DNA of 45,266 bases, from positions 3,564,686 to 3,609,951 of the forward strand of contig MU058337.1 in the NCBI GenBank assembly GCA_013265495.1, in the 5' to 3' direction. The position numbers were made by a program, and so were the translations under genes. Shown here piece after piece: positions 13,791-25,628 of this stretch (positions are counted from its first letter, which is position 1; each line of letters begins with the position of its first letter). Under the pieces are notes generated by a model. The model ran no database searches. It was not told where the DNA came from and saw nothing but the letters and a program-made list of their open reading frames with translations. This stretch comes from Vicugna vicugna (Eukaryota).

Positions 13791-15347
13791 GACATCTGAG
13801 AGCCCGCTGATTGCAAAGAACCAATTCATCTAAGCATCTTTTTCCTAAGATAAAATCAGGTAGAATTTCTGAAGTAAGGCTTTTTGAGAAATATGTAAAC
13901 TTGAAGGAAGAATTTTTTTAAAAGCAACTGAGAAAAATACCAGAAAAAAAGGAGACTTTTTTTAATGTTTTTCCTCCCAGTATATATTTTTAAATTTATC
14001 TATTTTAGTAAAATTAGGAAATAGGGGAATTGCATCATCAAATCAAATGTGAGCAGTATTTACTAAATTACATTTACCAAGCAAGGATTAGGGTTGCTGT
14101 AGGAAGTTGGATACCAGTGATGAAATACAGGTACACAATGTAGCAATGATTCTATTTATGGGTTCCATTTGTATCTCTTCCCTCAGCTAGTGTTCCAACA
14201 GAATATATTCAAATCTAATTTTTTCTTTCTAAGAAACTTGACTTTTGAGTATCCTAGTTAATCTCCTAACTTTTTGTGATCACACATATATACAAAACGA
14301 ATAAATAAATAAGCATGTGCCTCCTAATATTTGTACATCTATTGCAGATGAAATAAGTTCAACATTAGAGATGATCTAAACCTTGATATGTTCTAAATGG
14401 CTTACAGAAACCATCTACACACCAATAAAGGCATTGATTTATACAAGGATCTTTCCCCAGGGCCAGTGTAAGTAGTTTATTAAACTCAATATAAAGCAAG
14501 TGGCTGGTATTTTAAAGACCAAAGATAAGTATGTATGTAAAAACCAGAGCATTTTAACAGATACAGCCTCTGAAAATAAAATGCTGTTGTAATGGAAACA
14601 AATTAAAATGTTTGTTGCCTTCAAATGCAAAAAGACTAGAAGATCAAACCAGAAGATATATCAGACTTTCATAGAGGAGTGAAACATTGTTTTAAGGTAG
14701 AATTTCAAAATATGTTTTGCAAAACAGGGCAGTAGGGAAACGAAGGTGCGCTATGAAGTGACTTTGGATCCTGCTGTGTAGCTCTTCCCCTTTCTAACTC
14801 CTGTGAACTGTGCCTATTTAGACCTTCTAACGTGTGTTTATTTTTGCAAAAATCCTCCTACTTGAGTCTTAAAATTCCACCCACTTCCTTTAGCTCCACC
14901 AGACTATTTATGAGTGTCTCAGGTCACGATCTAAGACGTGTCTTTGTTTGACCTTCATCAGGCCAATGCAGAAGCAGGAGGACAAGGTCAAGAGAATAAT
15001 CAATGATGACTCTTTAAAAGAGTTCTTTCAAATTGATTACTCATTTCAATTGTGACTGAACTGCTTAAAAAAAAAAAAAGATATCCATTTACTCCCCATT
15101 GAAGCTGTACCATGTTTGCTGCCTTGAACAGATATAAAGAAACTGAATGTGTTTTCCCCCCACATTCCACTTGTAAATGCTAACGTTTCTAATATTTCAT
15201 TTACAAAAGACAGGGTTTTTTTTTGTCATTTCTGTTTACATGCTGCTACATGCATTACTGTTGGTTAAGTATGTGCTTACTTGTTTTACTGAAGAAAACT
15301 GAAAGTTACAAGGCACTGTAATTATTGACAATTATGTAAATAATGTT

Positions 15348-15480
15348 ATTCTCTCTGCCCGAAAGCCTCCCCTCTTATCCATTAGTTATTCCAATGGCTG
15401 TTCCCTCACCTCCTTCAGGACTTCTCAGATGTCATTTTATCAAGGCTGTCTTTCCTGAACTCCCAGCTTTAAATAGCAAA
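15348..15480 (+). mobile_element. L2 LINE fragment
   Basis: ctctgcccgaaagcc...ccctcacctccttcagg...tcagatgtca...ttcctgaac. Confidence 0.55.
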
Positions 15481-16345
15481 CTTCCTGATATGATTTAATG
15501 TTCTGATGAGATGTCTCTTTCCGTGGTTTTCTTTGTCCAAAGTCATGATCCCCAACTACACTCTACACTCCATTGAGCCAAAAGTCCTGCATCAGACAAA
15601 TACTTTGTCTTTAAAGGCCTTTTCCGATTTGGCTTTAACTGTGTTCACTGCCTCTGTGACCCCTGCCCCCCACCAGGGGTAAGCCCCGAGTGGGTGGGAG
15701 ATGTCAGCCACTGCTCAGCAGGAAAGCCCTGATGTTTTGTCACTGTGGGTGTGAAGCCACAGTAAACGCATTATATCTGCTTTTCAGGGTTGATCAAAGG
15801 GAAGTTCGAATTTTCCTTCTACTTTATACAAATAAACCTCTGTTCAGCCAATACGATGCTATGTGGACACATTCTCCTACCATCCCCACCGTTCCAATGC
15901 TTATAGCGTGAATGGAAGAAGTAAGCCAAGTTTGCACATACTTATATACCTGCGTGAATGGATGTACACGCCTGTATTACTAGAAAAGAGCCCCAGTAGA
16001 AAGCCGCAGTGTTAGGGGATAGAGGGACCCAAATTGGAAGGCCGGCCATACGTGTGGGCAAGCCACCCCGCCAAACACGTGGGGCCTTGCCCACCAACTG
16101 AGAAAGAATTCTCAGTAGAGGCAGAGGGACAAAGAGATAAAAAAAAAAAAAAAAAATCAGAGAGAAAAAGGGGAAAAAAGCAAAATAGAAAGCACTCGAA
16201 TGGGGACCCGTCAGCCAGGCAGCCGGTGGACACACTTCCAGCTCCTGACTGGGCAGTAGGGTCTTTTACCAGAAGGCTCTGCCCTTGTTAATCTTCACTT
16301 CAGTGGTGTCAGTCATCTTCTGTCACTGGCTCTTTTCTCCTGCAG

Positions 16346-16405
16346 CGCTCACGCCTAAATCCTGAACTTTGGCGGGAAGAAAAAGAACAAAGAAAGGGAT
16401 ACTGG
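16346..16405 (+). other. Candidate 60-nt cassette exon (unverified)
   Basis: ctcttttctcctgcag|CGCTCA...TACTGG|gtatgt. Open only in frame 0 (RSRLNPELWREEKEQRKGYW). Peptide not recognised. Confidence 0.2.
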
Positions 16406-17505
16406 GTATGTCCCTGGGATCAAGGCAGCAGTTGTGGAACATAAAACATCCTGTTATATGGCTATGTCCTTCGAATTCAGGAGCCAGCTGCAGAATAAGA
16501 GAAACAACCCGTTTTTTAACAGCCTGGCACTTTCTTTCCCTTGCGTTAATCAGCCAGGGTCAGTAAGCCTGCCTAAACACCTCTGCCCCATCAATGTAAG
16601 ACATAATTTCATGGTGGTGGTTTTTTTTTTTCCTTATCGATATTGATTCACTTGTAGTTTTTATTTCTTTTTTTATGAAGATTTCATGTAAATTTGAAAA
16701 GAAAATCCATTTCTCCACAGCAACATTTAAAGAAGGAAAGATGATTCTCACTGCCAAAACTGTCAGGGAAGCATCCTGCATGAGATGAATTTTGAACATC
16801 ATTTTGAAAGAAGTATGTATTAGAAGAACTTTAATGCTAATCTTCAAATACTTCCATATTTCATCCTGAGCCTGCCAAGTGGACAATTATATGCATTGAC
16901 CAATGTGTCTGGAATGTTACCCGGGCAGACATAAACTTGCCTTTGGATTCCAGTGATCAAGACTCTATCAGATCTCGTATGTCAGCTGTTTTATTCTGTG
17001 ATTGGTCTCATCATATTTCCTGAAGATTTTATCTTCCATAGATAAATGAGAATGTCTTCCAAAAGAAACAACTTGAAGACTTAAAGGTCTGCTTTAGTGT
17101 TTTATACATAAAAGGAACTCAGTAAATGATGTTAAGCTATTTCATTTACAGTATATTTAAAACCACCTGTAAGCCTCTGTGAAGTTCACATTTCCAGGTA
17201 CCTACGTCTCTACACTTGTGTATGTTTACATCTCTGTCAATGTTATTTGCATGTATCTTACAATATTATTTGAGTTATTATTTTCTTCTTTGCATTATTT
17301 CTGTATGAGGTTCATAAAATTGTAGCAACTCTTAGCTTCTTAAATGTATACATTGTAAAATATCCAAATAATCTCTTTATTTACCAAAAAATGCAGCTTG
17401 TAAAAGAATATAAAAGATAAAAATAATGGTAAAAGTCTGGTCTTTAGTCTACAAACTTAATGTATTCAATAATATGTGGAGTGATATTCAAAAAACAGAA
17501 GCAGG

Positions 17506-17917
17506 GATGGACTTGGAGAGCATCATGGTTAGTGAAATAAGTCAGAGAAAGACAAACTGTTTATCACTTATACGTGGAATCTAAAAAATAGGACAAACTA
17601 GTCGCTATAACAAAAGAGAAACAGACTCACAGATATTGAGAATAAACTAGTGATTACCCTTGGAATGAGGGAAGAGGGGAGGGAGATGATAGGGTAAGGA
17701 ACTAAGAGGTACAAACTGCTATGTATAAAATAAATAAGCTACAAGGATATACTGTACAACACAGGAAATACAGCCAATATTTTATAATAACAGTAAACAA
17801 AATATACCCTTTAAAACTGTGACTCGGTATGTTGTACGTCTGAAACTTATGTAATATTGTATACCAACCATACCTCTATTAAAAAATAAATTAAACATTT
17901 TTAAAATTTAAACATTT
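17506..17917 (+). mobile_element. 5'-truncated LINE-1 3' end with 16-bp target-site duplication
   Basis: gatggacttggagagcat...agtgaaataagtcag...tggaatctaaaa...gaaacagactcacaga plus A-rich tail. Perfect TSD aaaaaacagaagcagg at 17490-17505 and 17918-17933. Confidence 0.95.
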
Positions 17918-18789
17918 AAAAAACAGAAGCAGGAAGAGAGAGATGGGGCATGTGACAACAATACTGAGAAAATATGAAAAAAATGGTCTGATAAGAAAAT
18001 TAATTCAGACAAAAAAGACTAATTATGGGAAATTTAATGCATTTCACAACGCATTTTAGCTTTAGTGCTCTGTGAGATTTTCCCTTCCCTCTAAAGAATA
18101 CCCAGTTCTGACTACTGTCATGTGTAATCTGCACGGGAAAAAAAATCCCGAACGTGACAACAATATTAAGATTAAAGACTTGATTAATGTAGCTATTTCT
18201 AACATCTTATATTTTATATAATAAAGAAGAATATATTTCATTAATTTTGGTAACATTCATTGTCATGGAATTGTTTACCTTTTTTAACTGGAATTTTAAA
18301 TCAACGCATAAAACAAGGGAAACGACATATATTTGGAATCACCCAGGCAGAACTGAGGGACCACGAGCCAGATACCAATTCAAATGCTCCCTCACATGTT
18401 GACGGCACCAAAGTGTTTAATAAATTTCTTAACTTGTTTGCAGTAGGACCAAGGCCAAGACCTCTGTAGACTGGATGAGGCAGCAGAAAGCTGGAAGGAG
18501 AAGGATGAAACTCTGACCCAACAAGGATGTCTTTTTACAAGAACAGGGCAGATCCTTGAGCGTAGGTGGGGCTTGTGTGAGTGTTTTATATATAAAAGCA
18601 GCCCTAGGGGTTCAGTATCCTGGCGATTATCCTTCCATAGACACTGCCTTGTCCGCTTAACTTGGGACGGGCCTCCAAGAGGGACAGCGAGACATCAGGG
18701 AGTCCTGTCTCCTTACGAGTATATTTCTGATGTTCGATTCATACTGTGCACTACCATTTGTCTGTTTAATAGTAAATCAGCTGAGAACA

Positions 18790-18970
18790 GGTCCAGCTGG
18801 CCATTTCCTTCAGTTTGCAAAGCTGGATGAGCCTATCTGACTCTCTGAGCTCATCCTAAAATGGGGGCAATGATTCTTTCCTCACAGTGTGACAGTGAAA
18901 GTTAAATGAGTTATTCCATGCCAAAAGTTTTGTTCAGTCCTTACATATCGCCAATGAATACGTAATCTCA
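18790..18970 (+). mobile_element. MIR SINE
   Basis: ctctctgagc...taaaatggggg...cctcacag...gtgaaagttaaatgag. Confidence 0.6.
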
Positions 18971-20476
18971 TGAATATTGCTCGTCATTCACGTTGTTACT
19001 GTTACTGGAACCAATTCAACAAACTATGATAGGGATATTGTTTTCATGTGTCAAAAATGACTAAGGGAGGGAATATGAATAACCTTGTTTATATTTCTTA
19101 ATGATAACTTCTCAAATCTTCTAAATAATACTTTTAAGAAGAAAACACGTATGCATTTTTTTCAGAAACTCTTAATTTTCTCTGAGAACTTACGTAGTAA
19201 AATGGCAGTGGTTATGCACCACAGTTCTGAAACATAAAACTGAATTGAATTAACTTAATCTGAGTAAATGGGAAATTTGATTCAATTCTGACTACTGGGA
19301 CCTACCTAGTCTTTGCAAAATACTCCTACTGACATGGTGGCAAACTCAAAAATGGAAAAGGTTAGTTCCAGCCTTGAAGGGCTGCTCATTTTAGCAACAA
19401 AAATGCCCTACAAAAAGCAAAGAGAACATGTCCTGTTATTCTGAGGTGAAGCTAACAGTTATAACTTAACCTCTATTGAGCAATTGCCTCTCTATAGTTT
19501 CTGAGAACATTTACCAAAATCATGGGGCTGAAAATTAATATAAAAGAGCATCAAGTCAGTGTCAAGCAAAGTGACAGCCTCTACCTCCCACCCTATTTGG
19601 AGGCTGTCCACCACTCTACCCGTGCTCACTCTCTCTCTCTCCTGATCTCCGCAAGGGTTTAGAATTGAAATTATACTCCATGGTTGTGCTTCAGTAGATT
19701 TAAAATTGCTACTTTTGTATGTTATGATTTCACATGGCCAGTCCTCGATGACAAATTAATTTATCCTCCATTACCTTTAAAGTGAACTTTGACTAAAGTA
19801 TTTCTAATATAAAATCCAGTGTAAAGCCACAGCTTTTCCTGTTATTCGGAAGAACTGTATCCTCTTCCCTTTCCCTTGTAGACGCTGTTAGTTTAAATGA
19901 CCTCAAACTATGGTCATAAAGACACTGCCAGCAAAATAAGAAGAATTTTACATTACATTTTCCTTACTTACAAAAACTGGAATCATTTGAACCACTATGA
20001 GATGGGTTAATGGTATTATCTATCCATTTCCACTTGATTTTTGAGGTCACTCTCTATATAAAACAAACTCATCTGATTCAAATCATTTAAGACTTTTTGA
20101 ATAATCTAAAAAGTTAATACAATCTAAAATGCTCTAAATTTTTTTTTCTGCTGTAAGGTCACAACTATAAAGCATGATCTTTCAGAAATGAATTTGGAAT
20201 CTGTCTTTGAAATTTACAGATTGAGGAAAAGTTGCTATCAATCTCTTTGAAAACCCTTGATTTTGTCAATGTAATATCTACCTAAAAGCAAAACTTCTTC
20301 AAAGTTGAATAAAGAAATTCATGTTACCTATAAATAATCACAATTACAAAATGTTATATATGTTATTCAATTACAAATAACCACAAATAAGTATAATACA
20401 CAAGCTTTTATAAGATAATTTTTAATCTTTTTTGCATATATCAAGTTATTTTATTTTCAGGAGCATAAATTAGGTA

Positions 20477-20556
20477 AGCCCATTCTCAAGGCTCCAACCT
20501 TTAAGGATATAACACTTTTTCATTCATTCAGAGATAAAAAGCTGCAGAACAGAGAA
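20477..20556 (+). mobile_element. Orphan fragment of an ERV1-type LTR
   Basis: agcccattctcaaggctc (20477-20494) is identical to 24087-24104 of the solo LTR. No LTR termini nearby. The right boundary is from recalled consensus. Confidence 0.6.
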
Positions 20557-20719
20557 AGCTTTGTTAGAAAATAGAAACACTATCTGAAAAAAGAAAATTA
20601 CTGGCAATAAATAATGAAGAAAATATTCTTTAACTATAGATTCACTTTTTAATGGAAAGTGTTTGACAATACATGATGTCTTTTCCTCTTAGTGTTGTTA
20701 CAGGGTGTTTTTCGCACTG

Positions 20720-20910
20720 TGATATAATTTTGATAGCCCCATGGTGCGTCATCATATCCCATACTGAATTTAATCATACCTTTTGTTATTCAATATCTGG
20801 GTTGGTTGCCTGCTTTTCATTCTTATAAACCCCCCTGTGATAAACGTTCAGTAGGTATATCCTGATCTCATACACTATTCTCTCCTAAGAACATGCGTTT
20901 TAGATGACAA
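20720..20910 (-). mobile_element. Ancient LINE-1 (L1ME-like) fragment
   Basis: aatttaatca...atctgggttggtt...ttataaac...ctgtgataaac antisense L1 3' motifs. Confidence 0.5.
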
Positions 20911-21132
20911 AAAAGCCCATGAATCTCATATGATTGTTGTGGTTTTGGTGTTCATTGACTGAGAAAATAGCTTGAAAATATTAAGAGTCTGGCTCATAAA
21001 AGAAACTCAGTAATAAGCATTTGCTAAATGAATAAATTAACTCTTAATATATTTTGACATTAAAAGGGCATCTACATATATTTGAAAAATATGACCTTTA
21101 TTTCCCCTGTGTTCTTTCCTCTAAATGAATCT

Positions 21133-21305
21133 ATTTTAACAGCTTTGTTGATACCCAAAGAACTTCACATATTCAAAGTGTACAATTTGATGAGTTTGGA
21201 CAGTATAAAACAAACTCACCTGATTCAAATCAAAGAACTTCACATATTCAAAGTGTACAATTTGATGAGTTTGGACATATGCAAATACCCATGATACCAT
21301 CACCT
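21133..21305 (-). mobile_element. LINE-1 (L1MB/L1MC-like) extreme 3' end, internally duplicated
   Basis: aacagctttgttga...aaagtgtacaatttgatgagtttggacatatgcaaatacccatgataccatcacc. Confidence 0.7.
21156..21277. repeat. Perfect 47-bp direct repeat with 28-bp spacer
   Basis: caaagaacttcacatattcaaagtgtacaatttgatgagtttggaca at 21156-21202 and 21231-21277. Confidence 0.97.
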
Positions 21306-21766
21306 GTGTTTTTTTCTGTCTTTACCTTCACATGAAGGGTTTCTTGTTGTTTCTGTTGCTGCTGTTGTTGTTTTTAATAATAATTCACTGATGTTTTGCT
21401 ATGAAAAGCAATCATTAATAGCAAGAAAAAGATGCATTTGTATTACAGAAGCTCCATTCAGGATTCTGAGAATGAAGACACCTCTTGTGGACACAAAACC
21501 TCAGGGAACCACTGTGTTTGAGGACCTGCCTGTAGCATCCCATAACAGAGTAAAATAATGGTCACCACTCATCAGACAGAGCAACGCCTTGTGGAGAAGG
21601 AGAAAACGACAGATTAGGAAAGAGGAATAAAGACAGGAAATGGCTGACAGACAGATGCCCGTCTAACCACAACTGAAATGTGACCTGATGGGAAAATAAA
21701 CTCTGATCTGCTTCTGGCAATAATGATTTTGTTGTGCGTAAGTGCCAAGTATCTTCATGTCTTTCC

Positions 21767-22449
21767 AACAGTAAAGAGATTCCTCAAAAAACTAAAAACA
21801 GACTTACCATATGATCCAGCAATCCCATTTCTGGGTATATATCCAGAGGGAACTCTAATTCAAAAAGATACATGCACCTCAATGTTCATAGCAGTACTAT
21901 ATACAGTAGCCAAGACATAGAAGGAACCTAAATGTCCATTGACAGATGACTGGATAAAGAAGTTGTGGTATATTTATACAACAGAATACTACTCAGCCAT
22001 AAAAAGGAATAAACTAATGCCATTTGCAGCAACATGGATTGACCTAGAGATTGTCATTCTAAGTGAAGGAAGCCAGAAAGAGAAAGAAAAATGCCATATG
22101 ATATGAAAAAAAGAAAAAAGAAAAGAAAAAAAGGATACTATGAACTCATCTACAAAACAGAAACAGACTTGCAGACATAGTAAACAATCTTATGGTTACC
22201 GAGGAAAGGGGGTGGGAAGGGATAAATTTGGGAGTTTGAGATTTACAAATGTTAGCCACTACATACAAAAACAGATTAAAAATGAGTTTCTTCTGTATAG
22301 CACAGGAAACTACGTTCAGTATCTTCTAATAACCTTTAATGAAAAAGAATATGAAAATGAACATACGTATATATATACATGACTGGGACATTGTGCTGTT
22401 CACCAGAAATTGATATATTGTAACTGTCTATACTTCAATTAAAAAAAAA
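21767..22449 (+). mobile_element. 5'-truncated LINE-1 (ORF2 C-terminus + 3'UTR), camelid-like
   Basis: Encodes RFLKKLKTDLPYDPAIPFLGIYPEGTLIQKDTCTSMFIAVLYTVAKT (L1 ORF2p C-terminal region) and ends cttcaatt-A9. Degenerate 20-bp TSD (15/20) at 21747-21766 and 22447-22466. Confidence 0.95.
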
Positions 22450-22577
22450 TGTCTTCACTCCTTTCCAGATGTATCAGGGACCCACAATATGCTTATGCCC
22501 ACCCTGTAACTCCAGCGCCTAGATCAGTAGACAGAACATAGTAGGAACTCAGTAGACACCTGCTGAATGCATGAATA
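22450..22577 (+). mobile_element. L2 LINE 3' terminus
   Basis: ccagcgcctag...acatagtaggaactcagta...tgctgaatgcatgaat. Confidence 0.65.
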
Positions 22578-23945
22578 CACAGTACCATTTACTTTATCTG
22601 AATGCAGTGTTATGTGGACATCTGGACTTGGCACATTACAATAATTTTAGAGTCCTACAGTGAGCCGAGGATCATGGGCGTCATCTTTAGTGGCAGTGTT
22701 TCCAGGCTCTTATTTATGTCCTCTCAGCCCCTGCCCTGCTCCTGGCTTAGACAGTAACCTCAGCCTGTCGCCTTTGTTTCACAACCCTCTCGACCAACAT
22801 CAACGATCTGAGGCAAAATAACCCCCGGCAAGCACCAAACAAAACATCAATTAGAAATTAATAATAATATAATATCAAAGCACTCTCACCACCATGGTAC
22901 AATATAGCCTTAATTATTATTAACTGCCAAGCATATGCAATAGTAACAGTACATTGGGAGATCCCATTTGGTCCTGACGTTTCTGGCTTATTGCATTGCT
23001 ATGTATTAGTAATATTAATATTAAGGTCAAATAAATCCAAACATAATTGCTGAAGTTACTAACACCAACTAATAATTAAACTAGTCAGGTTTAATAAGGG
23101 ATCATGGTAAAAGTATCCCTCAGCTAAAACGAGTATTTCTAAACCACAGACCTTCATCTTTTATGGTCATTTCTTTTCTGCTTTGGCCCATTAATCTTCC
23201 TCTAAAATTAATCTCCATCAACATTCTCCTCTGAGAATGGCATAATCTTTTCACTCACCAAAGACTGACCTGATGTGACCTCAGATGAAAAACATTGTTG
23301 ATTTTACAAGTTATGAAAATTGCAGGCTTGCATTTCCTGGATAGGATCTACTGTCAGTCAAACATGCACATTCTAATGGTTCCTAGCAACTTCCTGGTTA
23401 TAGTCATAAGAATTGCACACACACTAAAAAAGGACTTAGTAATTTAACAATTATTTCCTTTTTTCCAATATGCTTATGTCTACATTACTATTTGAAAAAA
23501 AAGTACTTTAAGTACTTTTCCATTTCAGCTCAAGATAAATCAATTTATTTTGATTTTAAAATTTCTAAAGTCACATTACCAAGAAAAAGTACTTTATACA
23601 CGTCAATGTATTTGGTAATTTTCATTTTCCTTAATATCACGTAAGGAAATAAAACTCAATGTTTACTTGGTTGATTTGTCAAATTTTTGCATACTTCATA
23701 AAAATCTTCCATTAATGGCTGAAAGTTTATTTAATGGAGGCATTTTAGCAAAAATTGCATTCACTATCGTCTATGTCTGGCCATTAGAGCATCAGTGCAT
23801 GCCTGTTATGCCTAGTAATTATTAACTGATAATAATCATGAGAATAAAATTTAGTTCCATTAATGATTAATTGAAAACCACTTGCAAAATTCTATAGGCA
23901 GAGTATAACTTTAATTACCTAAAGAAGCAAGCATGGCATTAATTC

Positions 23946-24362
23946 TGTAACAGAAGAGAACAAATCTGACTCCATATTGGATCTGTGCCTTTGGCTCTAA
24001 CCCTGTGCTCTGTTTCCCGCGCTGAGTCCTGCTGGCTCTGCACCTTTTGTAGAAGAATGCTGCCCAGAGCCTGAAAGATACAGGAGAGCCCATTCTCAAG
24101 GCTCTGACCTGACCCACGTGGACAGCTGCGAGAACAAAGGATTGTGACACCAAGAAATCTGTAACAACCAATGACACTCTCTCCCCTTTTTAGTATAAAA
24201 GGAGCCTGAATTCTGACTTGGGAAAGATGGTTCTCCAGGACAATAGTCTATCATCTTCTCGGTTTGCCAGCTTTCCAAATAAAGTTGTTACTGCCCCCAC
24301 ACCTCGTCTCCCAATTTACTGGCTGTTGTATGGTGAGCAGAACAAGTTTGGACTTCGTAACA
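23946..24362 (+). mobile_element. ERV1-class solo LTR (417 bp)
   Basis: TG...CA termini (tgtaac...gtaaca), 4-bp TSD ATTC (23942-23945, 24363-24366), TATAAAA at 24194-24200, AATAAA at 24278-24283. Confidence 0.92.
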
Positions 24363-24789
24363 ATTCCTTCCTTATCTTATGGAATGTCATTGTTAAGGAA
24401 ATAGCTCTGAATTTTTTGCAGGAGAAAACGTCCTGCTCTGGTAATACACCACTTGCAGCACTGTATTCTTCCAAGATTCATACATGTTTCTGCAAATCCA
24501 CAAGACTGGGTTATAGGCCTGGGGGGCGGGGGGAATAAGCCTACAGCTGAGTCCTCATGTTTTGCCTTTGTTTTATTTCCCCTTCTATCTAACGTGCTAC
24601 CCCTCCACAGAGTCAGCTTTCCCGCATTCTTATTTTCATGTTGGTATGTAAGATTCACTCTTCATCTCCTTCTAGGGAACACCGTGACAGTGCAATATTC
24701 TGGAATAAAAGAGCATCAGCCACAAGAAATGATTTTCTACAAAACGTATGATTGATTTGATTTGCTTTACTTACTGACAAGCTAAAGCC

Positions 24790-24936
24790 AAACAAAAAAA
24801 AGAAAGAAGAAAAAAGAAAAGAAAGAGAAGGAAAGAAAGGGAGGAAGAAAGAGAGCAGAGGGGGAAGGAAAGAGGAAGAAAAGAAGGGAGGGAGGAAAAG
24901 GAGAATCAGGGGGAAAAAGAGAAAGAAAAGAAAAGA
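24790..24936. repeat. Polypurine (A/G) low-complexity tract
   Basis: About 145 bp almost entirely A and G. Confidence 0.9.
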
Positions 24937-25244
24937 ACCGCCCTCTAGTCCTGGCACGGGGGCTCCGAGGTGGAGCCGGGCCCTTTAAGATGCTGCCCCA
25001 GCTTCCCCTCCTCTTGCCCCGAGGCTGCAGACCCGCCAGCGCCAGCTGGGTGGCTTAGGGTCTTCTCAGGCTGTCTCTGAGCTTGGCTCCTGCGCTGGGC
25101 ACACGTGTTGCTCATATACAGGTGTTTCGAAGGCCTTCATTTCCCCAAGATGCTTTCCTCCCAGACTTGGTGCTGTCTCGTTTCCCTCACCTGAAATCCT
25201 GAGCTCAGGCAGCAGTGGGTCATGCCTGCACCTTCCAGCATTTA

Positions 25245-25628
25245 GGGGGCAACGTCGGCTGCTTTTCTGCCTTGACTGAGTTCCAAATTTGGCAAAAAAT
25301 GGCCGCTCCTTGTGTCAGTCCCTGGATAGCACCCAGACAGGCTAGAACACATACTGTTTGAGAGGAAGGTCTGCACTGCTCCCCCAGACCCAAGAATCAG
25401 GGTCCCACGGTGGAAACGTGGGCTGCCATCTTCAAGATAACTGCGTAGCTGGGGAGGAGGTGGGGTGAGAGCAAGTAAACATATCACAGAGCTTTTCTAC
25501 CATCACTGAGTTGCCTTTTTCTTGATTCACTGTTTTCCTTGGTTCCTGTATTTGCTTGGGTTTTCAAACTTCCTGTAGAAGGATGTGCCTTTGGAACTAC
25601 CTACTACACCATTTTCATTGACATCACT
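25245..25628 (-). mobile_element. Ancient LINE-1 5'-end fragment (L1MC/L1M4-like)
   Basis: gggctgccatcttc...gcaagtaaa...gttgcctttttcttgattca...tactacaccatttt...tgacatcac resembles an antisense L1 5' terminus. Confidence 0.65.

Noticed and set aside
13488..13824. Overlapping ~100-aa ORFs on both strands
   Set aside because: No recognisable product, and the region resembles a decayed CR1/L3 element.
15899..15962. 11-bp direct repeat gcgtgaatgga spaced 46 bp
   Set aside because: At most an old micro-duplication, with no further structure.
20461..20473. 13-nt microexon-like motif ttttcag|GAGCATAAATTAG|gtaagc
   Set aside because: Not frame-preserving, abuts an insertion junction, and has no supporting gene context.
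21156..21277. CRISPR-like repeat-spacer-repeat with a local 'protospacer'
   Set aside because: Only two repeats, the repeat is L1-derived, the DNA is mammalian and there are no cas genes. A templated-insertion scar explains it.
21723..21920. ORF with real protein similarity
   Set aside because: It is the L1 ORF2p C-terminal remnant of a truncated element, not a gene.
23500..23596. Three AAGTACTTT near-palindromes
   Set aside because: Short AT-rich words with no regular spacing or larger structure.
24655..24957. Phe/Leu/Ser-rich 100-aa ORF
   Set aside because: It is simply the translation of the polypurine tract's complement.
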